Shown in pieces: positions 48,593-58,729 of a DNA stretch of 64,000 bases; positions within the stretch are counted from its first letter, which is position 1; the number at the start of each line of letters is the position of its first letter. The stretch comes from Candidatus Omnitrophota bacterium (GTDB lineage: Bacteria; Omnitrophota; Gorgyraeia; Gygaellales; Profunditerraquicolaceae): assembly GCA_018812825.1 (NCBI GenBank), contig JAHJCJ010000069.1, positions 3,825 through 67,824 on the forward strand, read 5' to 3'. The notes beneath the pieces were generated by a model. That model worked only from the letters and a program-made list of their open reading frames with translations, made no database searches and was not told the DNA's origin. The position numbers and the translations under genes are program-made.

Positions 48593-50314
48593 TTACTTTT
48601 TTATTATTTTCCTGAGCTCTTCTTTATTCGGCACCCCACGTGAAGAAAATATCTGATAGTTATCCAAAAGATAACTCAGGCCAAAACTAACCTGGAGTTC
48701 TTTATTTAAAGCAATATTTTCTCTAAGCAATTCTGCCCCCTCAGGGCCCCTGGCACAGGTTTTAATTTTAAGCGCATCGGCTTCGTTAAAACAATCCTCC
48801 CACCATGAACTATTAATATTCTTTGCGCGGCAAATTAAATAATCCCAGAACTTCTGCGGATAATACTTCTGCACGCATACCCCACGCAGACATTCTTCTA
48901 TTTCAAGCGCGCCGTTCTTAGCATCAAACCCCTTATCATTTTCTATTGCCAGGAAATGCAAGCTTGGGCTAAATTCTCTTAACACCGTAAGAATCCCGGC
49001 AGCGTCTTTATCAAATATGCTGAAAAATAAATCCAAATTCCCTTTTTTAACCTGACGGTCAATAAAATAAGATACGCCGCTTACCTGCGGCTTAAGTAAA
49101 TACAATTCGCCAATTAATTCCAGGTTATTCTTGAACCCGTCGAAGTTCTTTTCTTTTTCTACTTCCCTACCGATAATGTAAGCAGGTAAAACCTTAATAG
49201 ATAAATTCTTAATCATATTCTGCGCCCGTTTTTTATCAACATATTCAGCGCAAATGCCGGGGAATTGTTTTTTCAGCAACTCCAGGACCGGCCCTGTATT
49301 ACAAACAACACAGTCCTTTGCATTTATTACAGTCAACTTTAACTTATTCGGTTCAGTGAACAAGCAACTGGCGCTAAGCTTACCTGGATTCTGACAGCTA
49401 CCAGTCAACTCATCCTTCTTGCAGTTGGTATCGGAATAGCAACGCGGTAGTATTGCAAGTACATCAGGATCATCGGCGATCTTATCTGAGAGCCGGATCT
49501 CTTCAGTCTTACAGTTTAAAAGCTTGCCATTCTCAATTTCCAGTGACAATTTTCCAAGCTTGCGACCCTGCCAAGACGGGCGCACAATAAAAGTAGAACC
49601 CACTTTAACTTCCAGATCTTCTTTAGTCAAATTATGCCCCATAAAGAGTATATCTATACCCTTGACCTTAGAAATTAAATCTAAATCTTCTTTTTTGCCC
49701 AAAGTGCTTAAAACGATCACCACTTCTACACCTTCATTCTTAAGCCGGCTGACCAGCTGATTTATCGCCCTAGGTTGGCTAACCTTTAAACCTTCTGATT
49801 TTTGACTGGCAGCTAAATTAGTTAAACCAATAATCCCTATCTTTACCCCGGAAACCTGTTTAACAATATAAGGCTTCACTTTATCCGACTCTAAATTAAC
49901 ACTTAAGAAAACAGGATTATTCTTTCTGGCATTCTTTAAAAAGAAATCTTTGCCAAAATTAAACTCATCGCTGCTTATGCCTACGGCATCATATTGCATC
50001 AACTCCATGGCCTTAAGGTTTACTTCACTGCGCTGCATATCTAACTGGGTATTCTGGGTATATTCATCCATCAGCCCGCCGGCTGTAAAGCTACCACAGT
50101 CTAAAAGCAAGAGCCCCGGGTGTTTCTTTCTTAATTCTTTTACCAGTGAAACTCGACGGCTAATCCCGCCATCCTGCTCAATAGGACAACTACAGGGATA
50201 AAGCATGGCGTGAGTGTTTCCGGAATAAAGGATAATTATTTCTTTAGCGTAAAGATTGCCAGTTGTTAATACAGCTAGCACAAAAAAAAGCAAAATGGTT
50301 TTAATGTTTTTCAT
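48593..50314 (-). CDS. Exported UshA/5'-nucleotidase-like metallophosphoesterase domain fused to Cys-rich thioredoxin-like domains
   Basis: Signal peptide; YSGNTHAML.PCSC..DGG..RR; LLLDCG; later CVVC and C..VC/C..CW patterns. Confidence 0.7.
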   Translation of the reverse strand: MKNIKTILLFFVLAVLTTGNLYAKEIIILYSGNTHAMLYPCSCPIEQDGGISRRVSLVKELRKKHPGLLLLDCGSFTAGGLMDEYTQNTQLDMQRSEVNLKAMELMQYDAVGISSDEFNFGKDFFLKNARKNNPVFLSVNLESDKVKPYIVKQVSGVKIGIIGLTNLAASQKSEGLKVSQPRAINQLVSRLKNEGVEVVIVLSTLGKKEDLDLISKVKGIDILFMGHNLTKEDLEVKVGSTFIVRPSWQGRKLGKLSLEIENGKLLNCKTEEIRLSDKIADDPDVLAILPRCYSDTNCKKDELTGSCQNPGKLSASCLFTEPNKLKLTVINAKDCVVCNTGPVLELLKKQFPGICAEYVDKKRAQNMIKNLSIKVLPAYIIGREVEKEKNFDGFKNNLELIGELYLLKPQVSGVSYFIDRQVKKGNLDLFFSIFDKDAAGILTVLREFSPSLHFLAIENDKGFDAKNGALEIEECLRGVCVQKYYPQKFWDYLICRAKNINSSWWEDCFNEADALKIKTCARGPEGAELLRENIALNKELQVSFGLSYLLDNYQIFSSRGVPNKEELRKIIKK

Positions 50315-51897
50315 GTCCTAATAACTTTTACGGTTAAAATGTTTTCTAATTCCCTTATCTTATCCTGAATATCCGGACCGACCTGGCTATCTACGTTTAA
50401 TACGCTGATTGCCTTTCCTCCCGGTTTATCCCGGCCAAAGGTCATGGCGGCAATATTAATACCGTTCTTACCCATAAAGGTTCCTAAACTTCCGATTAAA
50501 CCGGGCCTATCCCAGTTACGGATAAAAACCATCTCGCCAATTGGGTACAATTCAAGATAATAGTCGTCAATCTTTACAATGCGCGGCTGCTTATTACTGG
50601 AAAGCGTTCCAAGGACTTTTTTGACTTCCTTATCTGTCTTGATCTCTAATTGTATCAGGTTAACAAATTCCCCCTCTTGTGCAGATTTTGATTCACGTAA
50701 CTTTATTCCTCTTTCCTTAAGTAAGGATACGGCATTGACAAAATTTACCGTTTCCTTTAATATCGGCTCAAGCACCCCTTTGGCCAAAGCCATGGTTACC
50801 GGGCTTAAATCATATTTAGTAATCTCACCGCTGTAATTTATAACTAACTCCTGAAACCTTCCTTCTACAAGCTGGGCGGTAAACATCCCCAGTTTTTCCC
50901 CTAAATTAATATAAGGGTTAAGAATTTTGCAAACCTCCGCTTCTAAACACGGATAATTAGCGGCATTGCGTATACCCCTGCCTAAAAGGGCATCGCGCAC
51001 AATCTCCGCTACTTCAATTGCCACATTAACCTGCGCCTCCTCGGTAGAAGCACCCAGATGCGGAGTAATAATTACATTATCAAGTTTTAAAAGCTCGTTC
51101 TCTGCGGAAAGCGGCTCGTTTTCAAAAACATCCATTGCTGCGCCAGCAACTTTAAGTTCTTTTAATGCCTTAACTAAAGCTACTTCATCAATTATTCCAC
51201 CGCGGGCGCAATTTATTACACGCACTCCTTTTTTCATAAGAGCAAACTCTTTATCTGAAATAATATGCCTGGTTTCATCAGTTAACGGAGTATGCACGGT
51301 AATATAATCAGCTTCCTGCAGCACTTTCTTTAATTCTGCAATCTCCACACCGATACTCTCCGCAACCTCAGCCGATAGGAATGGGTCATATGCTAAAATC
51401 TTCATCCCGAATGGCAAAGCGCGCTTAGCCACTTCAGAGCCGATACGGCCAAAACCTACTATACCAAGGGTTTTCCCATAGAGCTCTACTCCCATAAACT
51501 TTGAGCGTTTCCATTCCCCTTTTTTCGTCGATGCATTAGCCTGCGGGATATTCCTGGAAAGGGCAAGAATCATACTAAAGGTATGCTCGGCGGTAGAAAT
51601 AGTATTTCCTGCCGGAGTATTCATCACGATAATCCCCTTTTGCGTAGCTGCCTCCAAATCCACATTATCCAGGCCAACGCCGGCGCGTCCAATAACCTTT
51701 AGCTTTTTAGCTGCCTGGATTATCTCGCTAGTTACCTTAGTTGCGCTGCGCACTACCAGCCCATCATAATCTTTAATTATCTCTTTCAAAACATCAGGTT
51801 TTAAATCAATTTTTACATCCACAGTAAGTTCTTTAGCCTCTTTAAATACCTTAAGCCCTTCTTCAGATAAAGCGTCGCTAACTAATATCTTGATCAT
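50311..51897 (-). CDS. serA: D-3-phosphoglycerate dehydrogenase
   Basis: VRSATKV, GRAGVGLDN, GFGRIG, NCARGG, TPHLGAST, C-terminal ACT. ATG 51897 with AGGAG upstream. Confidence 0.97.
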   Translation of the reverse strand: MIKILVSDALSEEGLKVFKEAKELTVDVKIDLKPDVLKEIIKDYDGLVVRSATKVTSEIIQAAKKLKVIGRAGVGLDNVDLEAATQKGIIVMNTPAGNTISTAEHTFSMILALSRNIPQANASTKKGEWKRSKFMGVELYGKTLGIVGFGRIGSEVAKRALPFGMKILAYDPFLSAEVAESIGVEIAELKKVLQEADYITVHTPLTDETRHIISDKEFALMKKGVRVINCARGGIIDEVALVKALKELKVAGAAMDVFENEPLSAENELLKLDNVIITPHLGASTEEAQVNVAIEVAEIVRDALLGRGIRNAANYPCLEAEVCKILNPYINLGEKLGMFTAQLVEGRFQELVINYSGEITKYDLSPVTMALAKGVLEPILKETVNFVNAVSLLKERGIKLRESKSAQEGEFVNLIQLEIKTDKEVKKVLGTLSSNKQPRIVKIDDYYLELYPIGEMVFIRNWDRPGLIGSLGTFMGKNGINIAAMTFGRDKPGGKAISVLNVDSQVGPDIQDKIRELENILTVKVIRT

Positions 51898-51939
51898 TTT
51901 ACTTGCTCCTTGTCCAGTAGGACACACCCGCGTAATTCT

Positions 51940-53091
51940 TTATAAACGCGGGGTGTTATTTAAAAAAACCTCTTCGGCTGCCCTGACCCCTGTTCCCAAC
52001 TCAAAAGAATACCCTAATTTCTTTAAAACTCTTTCAAGACAAACAATACCCGCAAGAATATCAAATTCTTCGATAAAACCCATATGAGCGAACCTGAATA
52101 CCTTGCCTTTTAATTCTGCCTGTCCTCCGGCAATGGTTACTCCGTAAACATCACGCATGGTCTTGACAATTTTCTCCCCGTCAATACCCGCGGGGGCTTT
52201 TACCGCAGTCACTACATCTGAAGCAGCAGCAGGGGCAAATAGTTCTAAGCCCAACGCCTTCATGGCAGCCCTAGTGGCAGAAGCCATAACTCTATGGCGA
52301 TTGAATATGTTTTCCAGGCTATCCTGTTTCATCATTTTTAAAACTTCCACCAACGCGATTATCAGTGAAATGGCTGGCGTAAAAGGTGTATCCACGCTTT
52401 GAATTGCTTTTTTAGCTGCCTTTAAATCAAAATAATACCGCGGGCTTTTGGAAACAGCAATTGCCTCCCAGGCCTTCTTACTTACAGATATAAAAGCAAG
52501 ACCCGGAGGAAGCATAAAACCTTTCTGTGATCCTGAAACACACACATCAACACACCAGGCATCGGTTTTCAAATCAATAGCCCCCAAACCACTGATCGCA
52601 TCTACAACTAAAACTGCCTTGTATTTATTAACCACCTCACCAATCGCCTCAATATCGCTCACTACGCCAGTAGAAGTTTCGCAAAGTGTGGTAAAAACGG
52701 CTTTTATATTAGGGTTGGCCTTAAGCCGTTTTTCAATCTCTCCGGGATCTACTGCTTTGCCCCACTCAACATTAATGACTTCCGTATGAATTCCGTAAGC
52801 TGCGCATAACTCCGTCCAACGCTCTCCGAATTTACCGCCTTGAACAGTAATCGCAGTATCCTGCGCTGAAAGCAGGTTAACTACCGCTGCCTCCATTGCT
52901 CCAGTACCGGAAGAAGTAAGAATAAATACGTCACCTTGCGTCTGAAATATATACTTTAATCCCTCAGTTGCCTCTTTCAGTATTGCCTGAAACTGCGGGG
53001 TGCGATGATGGATAATCGGTTTACCCAACGCCTGACATACCTCAGGCGGCAGCGGAGTCGGGCCGGGTGTTAACAAATAGTTTTTCCTCAT
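51940..53091 (-). CDS. Class V aminotransferase (alanine-glyoxylate family; probable phosphoserine aminotransferase by context)
   Basis: LLTPGPT, SGTGAMEA, ETSTG, VDAIS, SGSQKG..PPG; adjacent to serA. Confidence 0.92.
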   Translation of the reverse strand: MRKNYLLTPGPTPLPPEVCQALGKPIIHHRTPQFQAILKEATEGLKYIFQTQGDVFILTSSGTGAMEAAVVNLLSAQDTAITVQGGKFGERWTELCAAYGIHTEVINVEWGKAVDPGEIEKRLKANPNIKAVFTTLCETSTGVVSDIEAIGEVVNKYKAVLVVDAISGLGAIDLKTDAWCVDVCVSGSQKGFMLPPGLAFISVSKKAWEAIAVSKSPRYYFDLKAAKKAIQSVDTPFTPAISLIIALVEVLKMMKQDSLENIFNRHRVMASATRAAMKALGLELFAPAAASDVVTAVKAPAGIDGEKIVKTMRDVYGVTIAGGQAELKGKVFRFAHMGFIEEFDILAGIVCLERVLKKLGYSFELGTGVRAAEEVFLNNTPRL

Positions 53092-53102
53092 TTTCTCACC
53101 CC

Positions 53103-53726
53103 TTATTTTAATTTCTTGTTGTTTAACACCACTTCATCTATTATTCCATAATCCTTTGCTTCTTGAGCAGACATAAAATAGTCTCTGTCAGTATCCTTTT
53201 GGATTTTCTCCAGCGTCTGAGACGTATGACGCGCGAGGATCTCATTAATTTTATCGCGCAGGTTTAAAATTTCCTTAGCTTGGATAGATATATCAGCAGC
53301 TACCCCCTGTACCCCACCCCACGGCTGATGAATCATTACCCGTGAATTAGGGAGCACGAAACGTTTCCCCTTGGTTCCCGCTGCCAACAAAAGCGCTCCC
53401 ATACTGGCTGCTTGGCCCACACAATAGGTTGCCACATCGCATTTTATAAACTGCATAGTATCGTATATCGCAAGGCCAGCGGTAACCGAACCCCCGGGTG
53501 AGTTAATATAAACATTGATATCTTTGTCCTTCTCTTCCATCTGTAAAAAAAGCATTTGGGCAATCACAAGATTTGCCACATAATCATCGATAGGCGTGCC
53601 GATAAAGACAATGCGGTCTTTTAAAAGACGTGAGTAAATATCATAAGCACGTTCATAGCCCCGAGGAGTCTGCTCAATTACCATAGGAACCAATGTCTGC
53701 ATTCTTATCTCCATCTTATCCTCCAT
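53103..53726 (-). CDS. clpP: ATP-dependent Clp protease proteolytic subunit
   Basis: DIYSRLL, NSPGGSV, QAASMG, MIHQP, DRD. Start is ambiguous (53726/53714/53702). Confidence 0.97.
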   Translation of the reverse strand: MEDKMEIRMQTLVPMVIEQTPRGYERAYDIYSRLLKDRIVFIGTPIDDYVANLVIAQMLFLQMEEKDKDINVYINSPGGSVTAGLAIYDTMQFIKCDVATYCVGQAASMGALLLAAGTKGKRFVLPNSRVMIHQPWGGVQGVAADISIQAKEILNLRDKINEILARHTSQTLEKIQKDTDRDYFMSAQEAKDYGIIDEVVLNNKKLK

Positions 53727-53728
53727 TT

Positions 53729-54607
53729 CTAATAAACCTCCTGCCAATCTGCTTCTCTTAATAAAAATTCCATTACCTTAGCCAACATATGCTCATCTAT
53801 AGGAATGCCCTCTTTTCTGGCAATCTGAGCTAAAACTAAATAAACCTTAACCTGCTTTTTAGCCTGTGGCTGGATCCCTTCCAAAATCACCTTTTCCTCT
53901 TCCTCAATTTTATCCCGAGGTATGCCCTTCATCGCCAAATCCAATTTTGTCTGCCGCAGCATATCCTGAGCCTGTCGACTAACCAGGCTCTCCGGTAGTT
54001 TAAATTCTAAATCCTTTAGGAGATTATCAATCAATTCATTTTCAATACGCTGGCGTTCCTGATTTTCCTTAGTAATAAAAATCTGCCTCTCCACCGCCTT
54101 CTCAAATTCCGCCAGATTAGGATACCCCAGAGAACGGCTAAACTTATCATCTAACGTTTCTGTCTTGCGCGACTGCTTAACAGAATCAATCTGCTTTTTT
54201 ATCTCGTCGGCAGTTACCGTCGTTACTTTATAATTTATCTTCTGCTTCTTATAATCCTTAATCGCAATCTCCGGAGTCACCTCTACAACCGCTTTAAAAG
54301 AAAGATTATTGCGGTCCAGCTTCACATCAGCTATCTGCGGCAATTCGATTACATCAAGCTTTTCTGCCGTAATTGCCTGGTTATACACATCAGGGACCAG
54401 CTCCTTTAATACCTGTTCATGGACCGAAGCGGCGTAATGCTTCTCTAAAACATCCCGCGGAGCCTTACCCGGACGAAAACCCGGTACTTTAGCCTCTTTG
54501 GCAATTTGAGAAAAAACCTCTTCAAATTTATTTTTTACTAGTTCACCGCTCACCGCTACGCTTAATTCACATTTAATACTATCTAACTTCTTTACTTCGG
54601 TTTTCAT
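53729..54607 (-). CDS. tig: Trigger factor (short, apparently lacking the PPIase domain)
   Basis: PGFRPGKAP ribosome-binding signature; directly upstream of clpP; 292 aa. Confidence 0.92.
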   Translation of the reverse strand: MKTEVKKLDSIKCELSVAVSGELVKNKFEEVFSQIAKEAKVPGFRPGKAPRDVLEKHYAASVHEQVLKELVPDVYNQAITAEKLDVIELPQIADVKLDRNNLSFKAVVEVTPEIAIKDYKKQKINYKVTTVTADEIKKQIDSVKQSRKTETLDDKFSRSLGYPNLAEFEKAVERQIFITKENQERQRIENELIDNLLKDLEFKLPESLVSRQAQDMLRQTKLDLAMKGIPRDKIEEEEKVILEGIQPQAKKQVKVYLVLAQIARKEGIPIDEHMLAKVMEFLLREADWQEVY

Positions 54608-54704
54608 AACAATCCTTTCATATATTAATTATGCGATATCCCCGCTGTACTGATTATCAAATCCTTCGCTTGACTCCTTTACTACTTAAAGCTGAGTGAA
54701 CAAG

Positions 54705-54820
54705 ATACCCGCTCAGATACTGTGTAAAAAATTTTTAAAAAATTTTTTACACATTCGCGGGTATGAGTTCGGCCAAACGATTTAGCTTCGCTTTCGCTCG
54801 CTAAATCGTGGCCTCACTCA
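54705..54820 (-). repeat. Structured intergenic element C (two G.A-mismatch hairpins)
   Basis: Minus strand TGAGT-GA-GGCC...GGCC-GA-ACTCA, then ATACCCGC-GA-A-(AT stem)-GTATC-T-GA-GCGGGTAT. Confidence 0.85.
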
Positions 54821-55540
54821 CATTCTGAACTTCTCGCCTAAATAAATCTGGCGCGCACGCGGATGGTTAATCAGTTCATGCGCCGAACCTGAGATAAGGA
54901 TAGAACCATCAGCGATCAAATAAGCCCGGTCAGTTATAGCCAAGGTCTCGCGCACATTATGATCAGTTAATAAAATCCCCAGCCCCTTTGCCTTTAGTTC
55001 TTTAATGATCTCCTGGGCTTCATTGACTACTATAGGGTCAATGCCGGAAAAAGGCTCATCCAAAAGTATAAAAGAAGGGTTGGTTACCAACGCGCGGGTA
55101 ATCTCAAGACGCCTTCTTTCCCCTCCGCTTAAAGTATATGCCTTATTTTTCGCTAAATGCGCGATATTCAATTCTTCAAGCAGAGAAACCAGCCTGCGCT
55201 TTCTCTGTGAATGGCTCAAAGGTAGAGTTTCCAAGATTGCGTTTATATTTTCCGCAACCGTCAGTTTGCGAAATATCGAGGCTTCCTGGGATAGATATCC
55301 TATGCCAAAACGCGCGCGCTCATGAATAGGAAGATTCGTAATTTCATGATTGTCAAAAACAATCGTTCCCTTATTAGGCGCAACTATGCCTACGATCATA
55401 TAGAAAGTCGTGGTCTTTCCCGCGCCATTAGGCCCCAATAAGCCAACAATCTCTCCCCGCTTAACCGTAATATCTACGCCATTAACAACAATACGGCCAT
55501 CATATGATTTAGCTAAACCCTTAGTTTCTAAAAGCTGCAT
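54818..55540 (-). CDS. lptB: LPS export ABC transporter ATP-binding protein
   Basis: GPNGAGKTT, YLSQEASIF, LSGGERRR.EI, ITDRAY, YLGE.F. Confidence 0.97.
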   Translation of the reverse strand: MQLLETKGLAKSYDGRIVVNGVDITVKRGEIVGLLGPNGAGKTTTFYMIVGIVAPNKGTIVFDNHEITNLPIHERARFGIGYLSQEASIFRKLTVAENINAILETLPLSHSQRKRRLVSLLEELNIAHLAKNKAYTLSGGERRRLEITRALVTNPSFILLDEPFSGIDPIVVNEAQEIIKELKAKGLGILLTDHNVRETLAITDRAYLIADGSILISGSAHELINHPRARQIYLGEKFRM

Positions 55541-56417
55541 TCATATTCTCCGTCTGATAAATCTCTATCTGAGGCCTGCCGGTCAAGACTATCCTCTTAT
55601 CCACAGCAGTATAGACCGCTTCCTGGCTATAAGAAATATTCTCTCCACGCAATATACGCACATTCCCCAAAGCAACAATCTTATTAATAGAACTAGACAT
55701 CACCACAGATCCCTGCCCCTTCTTGATCCCTTCCTGTTTCGCTGTAAAATAAACCTGCATCTTATCGCTGTACATAATTAAATCCGGCGTTTCTACTTTA
55801 ACATTATTATTAAATATGGCAATATTTTTCTCGTAATCTACTTCCAGGGGGCCATCGCAAATAACGATAATCTTCTCTTTTTTACCCTTTTGCTTATCTA
55901 AAGGCTCGATATCCAAACGCACATTTTTCTCTAGCGCAACCTGCTTAAGCGCAGTCTGCCCCCTTGCCCCTTCTCCGGTAAGATTCATGTCTGAACGCTG
56001 AAGACTAATTTTATCCAATGTGCTGACTATCTGTTGCTTACGGTCCCAATCCAGAGAATCAGTAGTCAATTTTGCGCCGCTAGAGGTGGTAATTACTACA
56101 TTATTTTCTAAATGCACAACTCCGCTATTCTTATTAAAATCACCGTTGTCGGCGGTAAGATTTACATTATCCTTATCTGCATAATGATTACCTACTACCT
56201 CTTTAAGCTTAACTACTTCATTAAATATATCCGCGGATTTTCCGGACAGATCCCAGGATTTTTTCCCCTTCTCACCGTACCCAGAGAGAGAAAAGTCACC
56301 GATCTGCTGGTCAGAATCATTTGCCTCTGTTGTTGTCTTGGTAGTTTCAACTGCGAAAGAACTACCAGAGAAAAATATAAACGCGAAAATTAAGAATACA
56401 AGCTTCTTAAACTTCAT
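55521..56417 (-). CDS. lptC: LptC-LptA-like fused beta-jellyroll LPS transport protein
   Basis: Signal/TM segment; L.TDSL.W LptC pattern; then F.NNV.V..D...V.F and A.GNV.I LptA/OstA patterns; between kdsC and lptB. Confidence 0.8.
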   Translation of the reverse strand: MKFKKLVFLIFAFIFFSGSSFAVETTKTTTEANDSDQQIGDFSLSGYGEKGKKSWDLSGKSADIFNEVVKLKEVVGNHYADKDNVNLTADNGDFNKNSGVVHLENNVVITTSSGAKLTTDSLDWDRKQQIVSTLDKISLQRSDMNLTGEGARGQTALKQVALEKNVRLDIEPLDKQKGKKEKIIVICDGPLEVDYEKNIAIFNNNVKVETPDLIMYSDKMQVYFTAKQEGIKKGQGSVVMSSSINKIVALGNVRILRGENISYSQEAVYTAVDKRIVLTGRPQIEIYQTENMNAAFRN

Positions 56418-56949
56418 AAATTTTTAAGATTTTTTCCCATTTACCCTGCGATTTAAGGATCATCTCGGCGATTTCCCTGACAGCACCGCGGCCACCCACA
56501 TGCTTCGTTATATAAGCTGCGGTTTTTCTTATTTCGCTGGAAGCGTTAGCCACCGCTATCGGCAAGCCCACTTTATGCATAAGTGACAAATCCACCAGAT
56601 CATCACCTACAAAACAAATTTCATCTATGGAAACATTGTATTTCTCGAGGATCTTGCCTAAAACCTTAGTTTTCGGAAAAACACCAGCGAAAATTTTAAC
56701 CACTCGCATATCCTTAGCGCGCGGCTGAATAGTCTTAGAACTTTTAGCTGTAATCAAAATAGTGGGAATCCCGGCTTCACGTAAAACATAAACCCCTAAA
56801 CCATCATGTACATCAAAAAACTTAAGCTCACCTCCCCGGGAATCATAAACAATCCTGCCATCAGTCAAAACTCCGTCTACATCCAACAAGAATAACTTGA
56901 TTTTCCGCAGGCGGCTGTTTAAATCTTTTTTTGTTATTTCATTATACAT
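56407..56949 (-). CDS. kdsC: KDO 8-phosphate phosphatase
   Basis: LDVDGVLTDG, DGLG, GDD.VD, GGRGAVRE. Confidence 0.95.
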   Translation of the reverse strand: MYNEITKKDLNSRLRKIKLFLLDVDGVLTDGRIVYDSRGGELKFFDVHDGLGVYVLREAGIPTILITAKSSKTIQPRAKDMRVVKIFAGVFPKTKVLGKILEKYNVSIDEICFVGDDLVDLSLMHKVGLPIAVANASSEIRKTAAYITKHVGGRGAVREIAEMILKSQGKWEKILKIYEV

Positions 56950-56951
56950 AA

Positions 56952-57920
56952 TTAAGCCAACCCTGCCTTAAGCAGATCCTGCACATCCAATAAACCCACC
57001 GGCCGCATGAACTTATCTATTACAGGAACCTCATCTATTTTCTTAGCCTGTAATATACGCATTGCCTCGGCAGCCAACATATCTTTATTTACTACAGTAG
57101 GATTCTTAGTCATTACCTCTTTAATTGGCCGCAGCGTCAAATTCTTGTCACTCTCCAGATGCCGGCGCAAATCTCCATCGGTAAAAATCCCTTTTAGCTT
57201 TCCGCTTTTATCCACAACTATCGCTGAACCTGCCCTGGCGCGGGTAATAGCACATAGGACCTGCGAAACTTTTTTATTTTCATCTACCACGGCATTGGCG
57301 CCCGCCCGGCGCATAATATCCTCAACCTTTAAAAGCAGCCGCTTACCTAAAGCCCCTCCGGGATGAAAAAAAGCAAAATCTTTTTCTTTAAAACCTTTTA
57401 GCTCCAACAAACACACTGCCAAAGCATCTGCCATAGCCAAAGTAGCAGTAGTTGAAGCAGTAGGAGCAAGGCCTAATGGACAGGCCTCTTTTTTAACCGA
57501 AACATCCAAAACTGCATCGCTGTATTTAGCGAGAATTGATTTTAAATTTCCGGTAAGCGAAATAATCGGCGAACCTATCTTTTTAAGTAAAGGCAGTAGC
57601 TGTTTCATCTCTTCGGTCGAGCCGCTGTTAGAAAGAATGACCACAATATCATCTGCAGTGACTTTACCTAAATCGCCATGGATCGCCTCTGCCGTATGCA
57701 TAAATAAACTTGGGGTCCCAGTGGAAGCAAGGGTTGCGGAGAGTTTTTGCGCGATAATCCCCGTCTTACCCATTCCACTAACTACAACCCTGCCCTTATT
57801 CTTAAGGATTAATTCAATAGCCTTAACAAAACCCTTACCCAACCGGACCTTCAGCAGTTTTATTGCCTGTGCCTCAATATCCAAAACCTCTTTTGCGCGC
57901 TTAATCACATTTATTTTCAT
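56952..57920 (-). CDS. kdsD: Arabinose-5-phosphate isomerase (KpsF/GutQ)
   Basis: GMGKTG, EAIHGDLG, EACP.GLAPT.ST, HPGG.LG, CBS pair. Confidence 0.95.
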   Translation of the reverse strand: MKINVIKRAKEVLDIEAQAIKLLKVRLGKGFVKAIELILKNKGRVVVSGMGKTGIIAQKLSATLASTGTPSLFMHTAEAIHGDLGKVTADDIVVILSNSGSTEEMKQLLPLLKKIGSPIISLTGNLKSILAKYSDAVLDVSVKKEACPLGLAPTASTTATLAMADALAVCLLELKGFKEKDFAFFHPGGALGKRLLLKVEDIMRRAGANAVVDENKKVSQVLCAITRARAGSAIVVDKSGKLKGIFTDGDLRRHLESDKNLTLRPIKEVMTKNPTVVNKDMLAAEAMRILQAKKIDEVPVIDKFMRPVGLLDVQDLLKAGLA

Positions 57921-58729
57921 AGTGCGCGCTCAATCTTTTTGATTTGTTTTAACAGACTTTCTAATTCTTTAAAATTAATCATATTCGCTCCATCGCAAAA
58001 CGCATTCTTCGGATCAATATGCACCTCTAAAAACAAACCATCGCAGCCAAAAGCTACGGCGGCCCTGGATAACCCTGCGACAAATTCACTCTGGCCTCCT
58101 GAACAAGCGCCCTTGCCACCGGGAAGCTGCACGCTATGCGTAGCATCGTAAATTATAGGATAGCCAAACTCGCGCATAATCGCCAGACTCCGATAATCCG
58201 TAACCAAATTATTATACCCAAAACTTACTCCTCTTTCCGTAATCAAAATCTTTTTATTCCCTGCAGATTCAACCTTTTTGATTATAGGCAAAATATCCCA
58301 AGGAGCAAGAAACTGGCCTTTTTTAATATTGACAACCTTGCCGGTTTTTGCGGCTGCCAGCACGATATCTGTCTGACGGCACAAAAATGCCGGAATCTGA
58401 ATAATATCCAGCACCTTAGCTGCCGTAGCCATATCTTTTGCGCAATGCACATCACTTAAAATAGGAATTTTAAGCTGCTGTTTTACCTTTTTTAAAATAG
58501 CTAATCCTTTATTTAATCCTGGGCCGCGATAAGAATCAACAGAAAGCCGATTAGCCTTATCAAAGCTGGATTTAAAGATAAACGGAACACCGCTTGCCGC
58601 TGCGATACCCTTAATCTTCCTGGCAGCTTCAAGACAAGAACCTTCCGATTCAATAACGCAAGGGCCGGCAATGAGTACGAGCGGATTTTTATCCCCAAAT
58701 CTTATATTTCCTACGTTAAGCTGACGCAT
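57917..58729 (-). CDS. kdsA: KDO 8-phosphate synthase
   Basis: IAGPCVIE, SFDKANR, QIPAFLCRQT, KKGQF, DATHSVQ.PG. Confidence 0.97.
   Translation of the reverse strand: MRQLNVGNIRFGDKNPLVLIAGPCVIESEGSCLEAARKIKGIAAASGVPFIFKSSFDKANRLSVDSYRGPGLNKGLAILKKVKQQLKIPILSDVHCAKDMATAAKVLDIIQIPAFLCRQTDIVLAAAKTGKVVNIKKGQFLAPWDILPIIKKVESAGNKKILITERGVSFGYNNLVTDYRSLAIMREFGYPIIYDATHSVQLPGGKGACSGGQSEFVAGLSRAAVAFGCDGLFLEVHIDPKNAFCDGANMINFKELESLLKQIKKIERAL

Noticed and set aside
54608-54817. tRNA-Leu often found upstream of tig
   Set aside because: No GTTCGA T-loop or acceptor stem in a cloverleaf arrangement; the space is occupied by element C.
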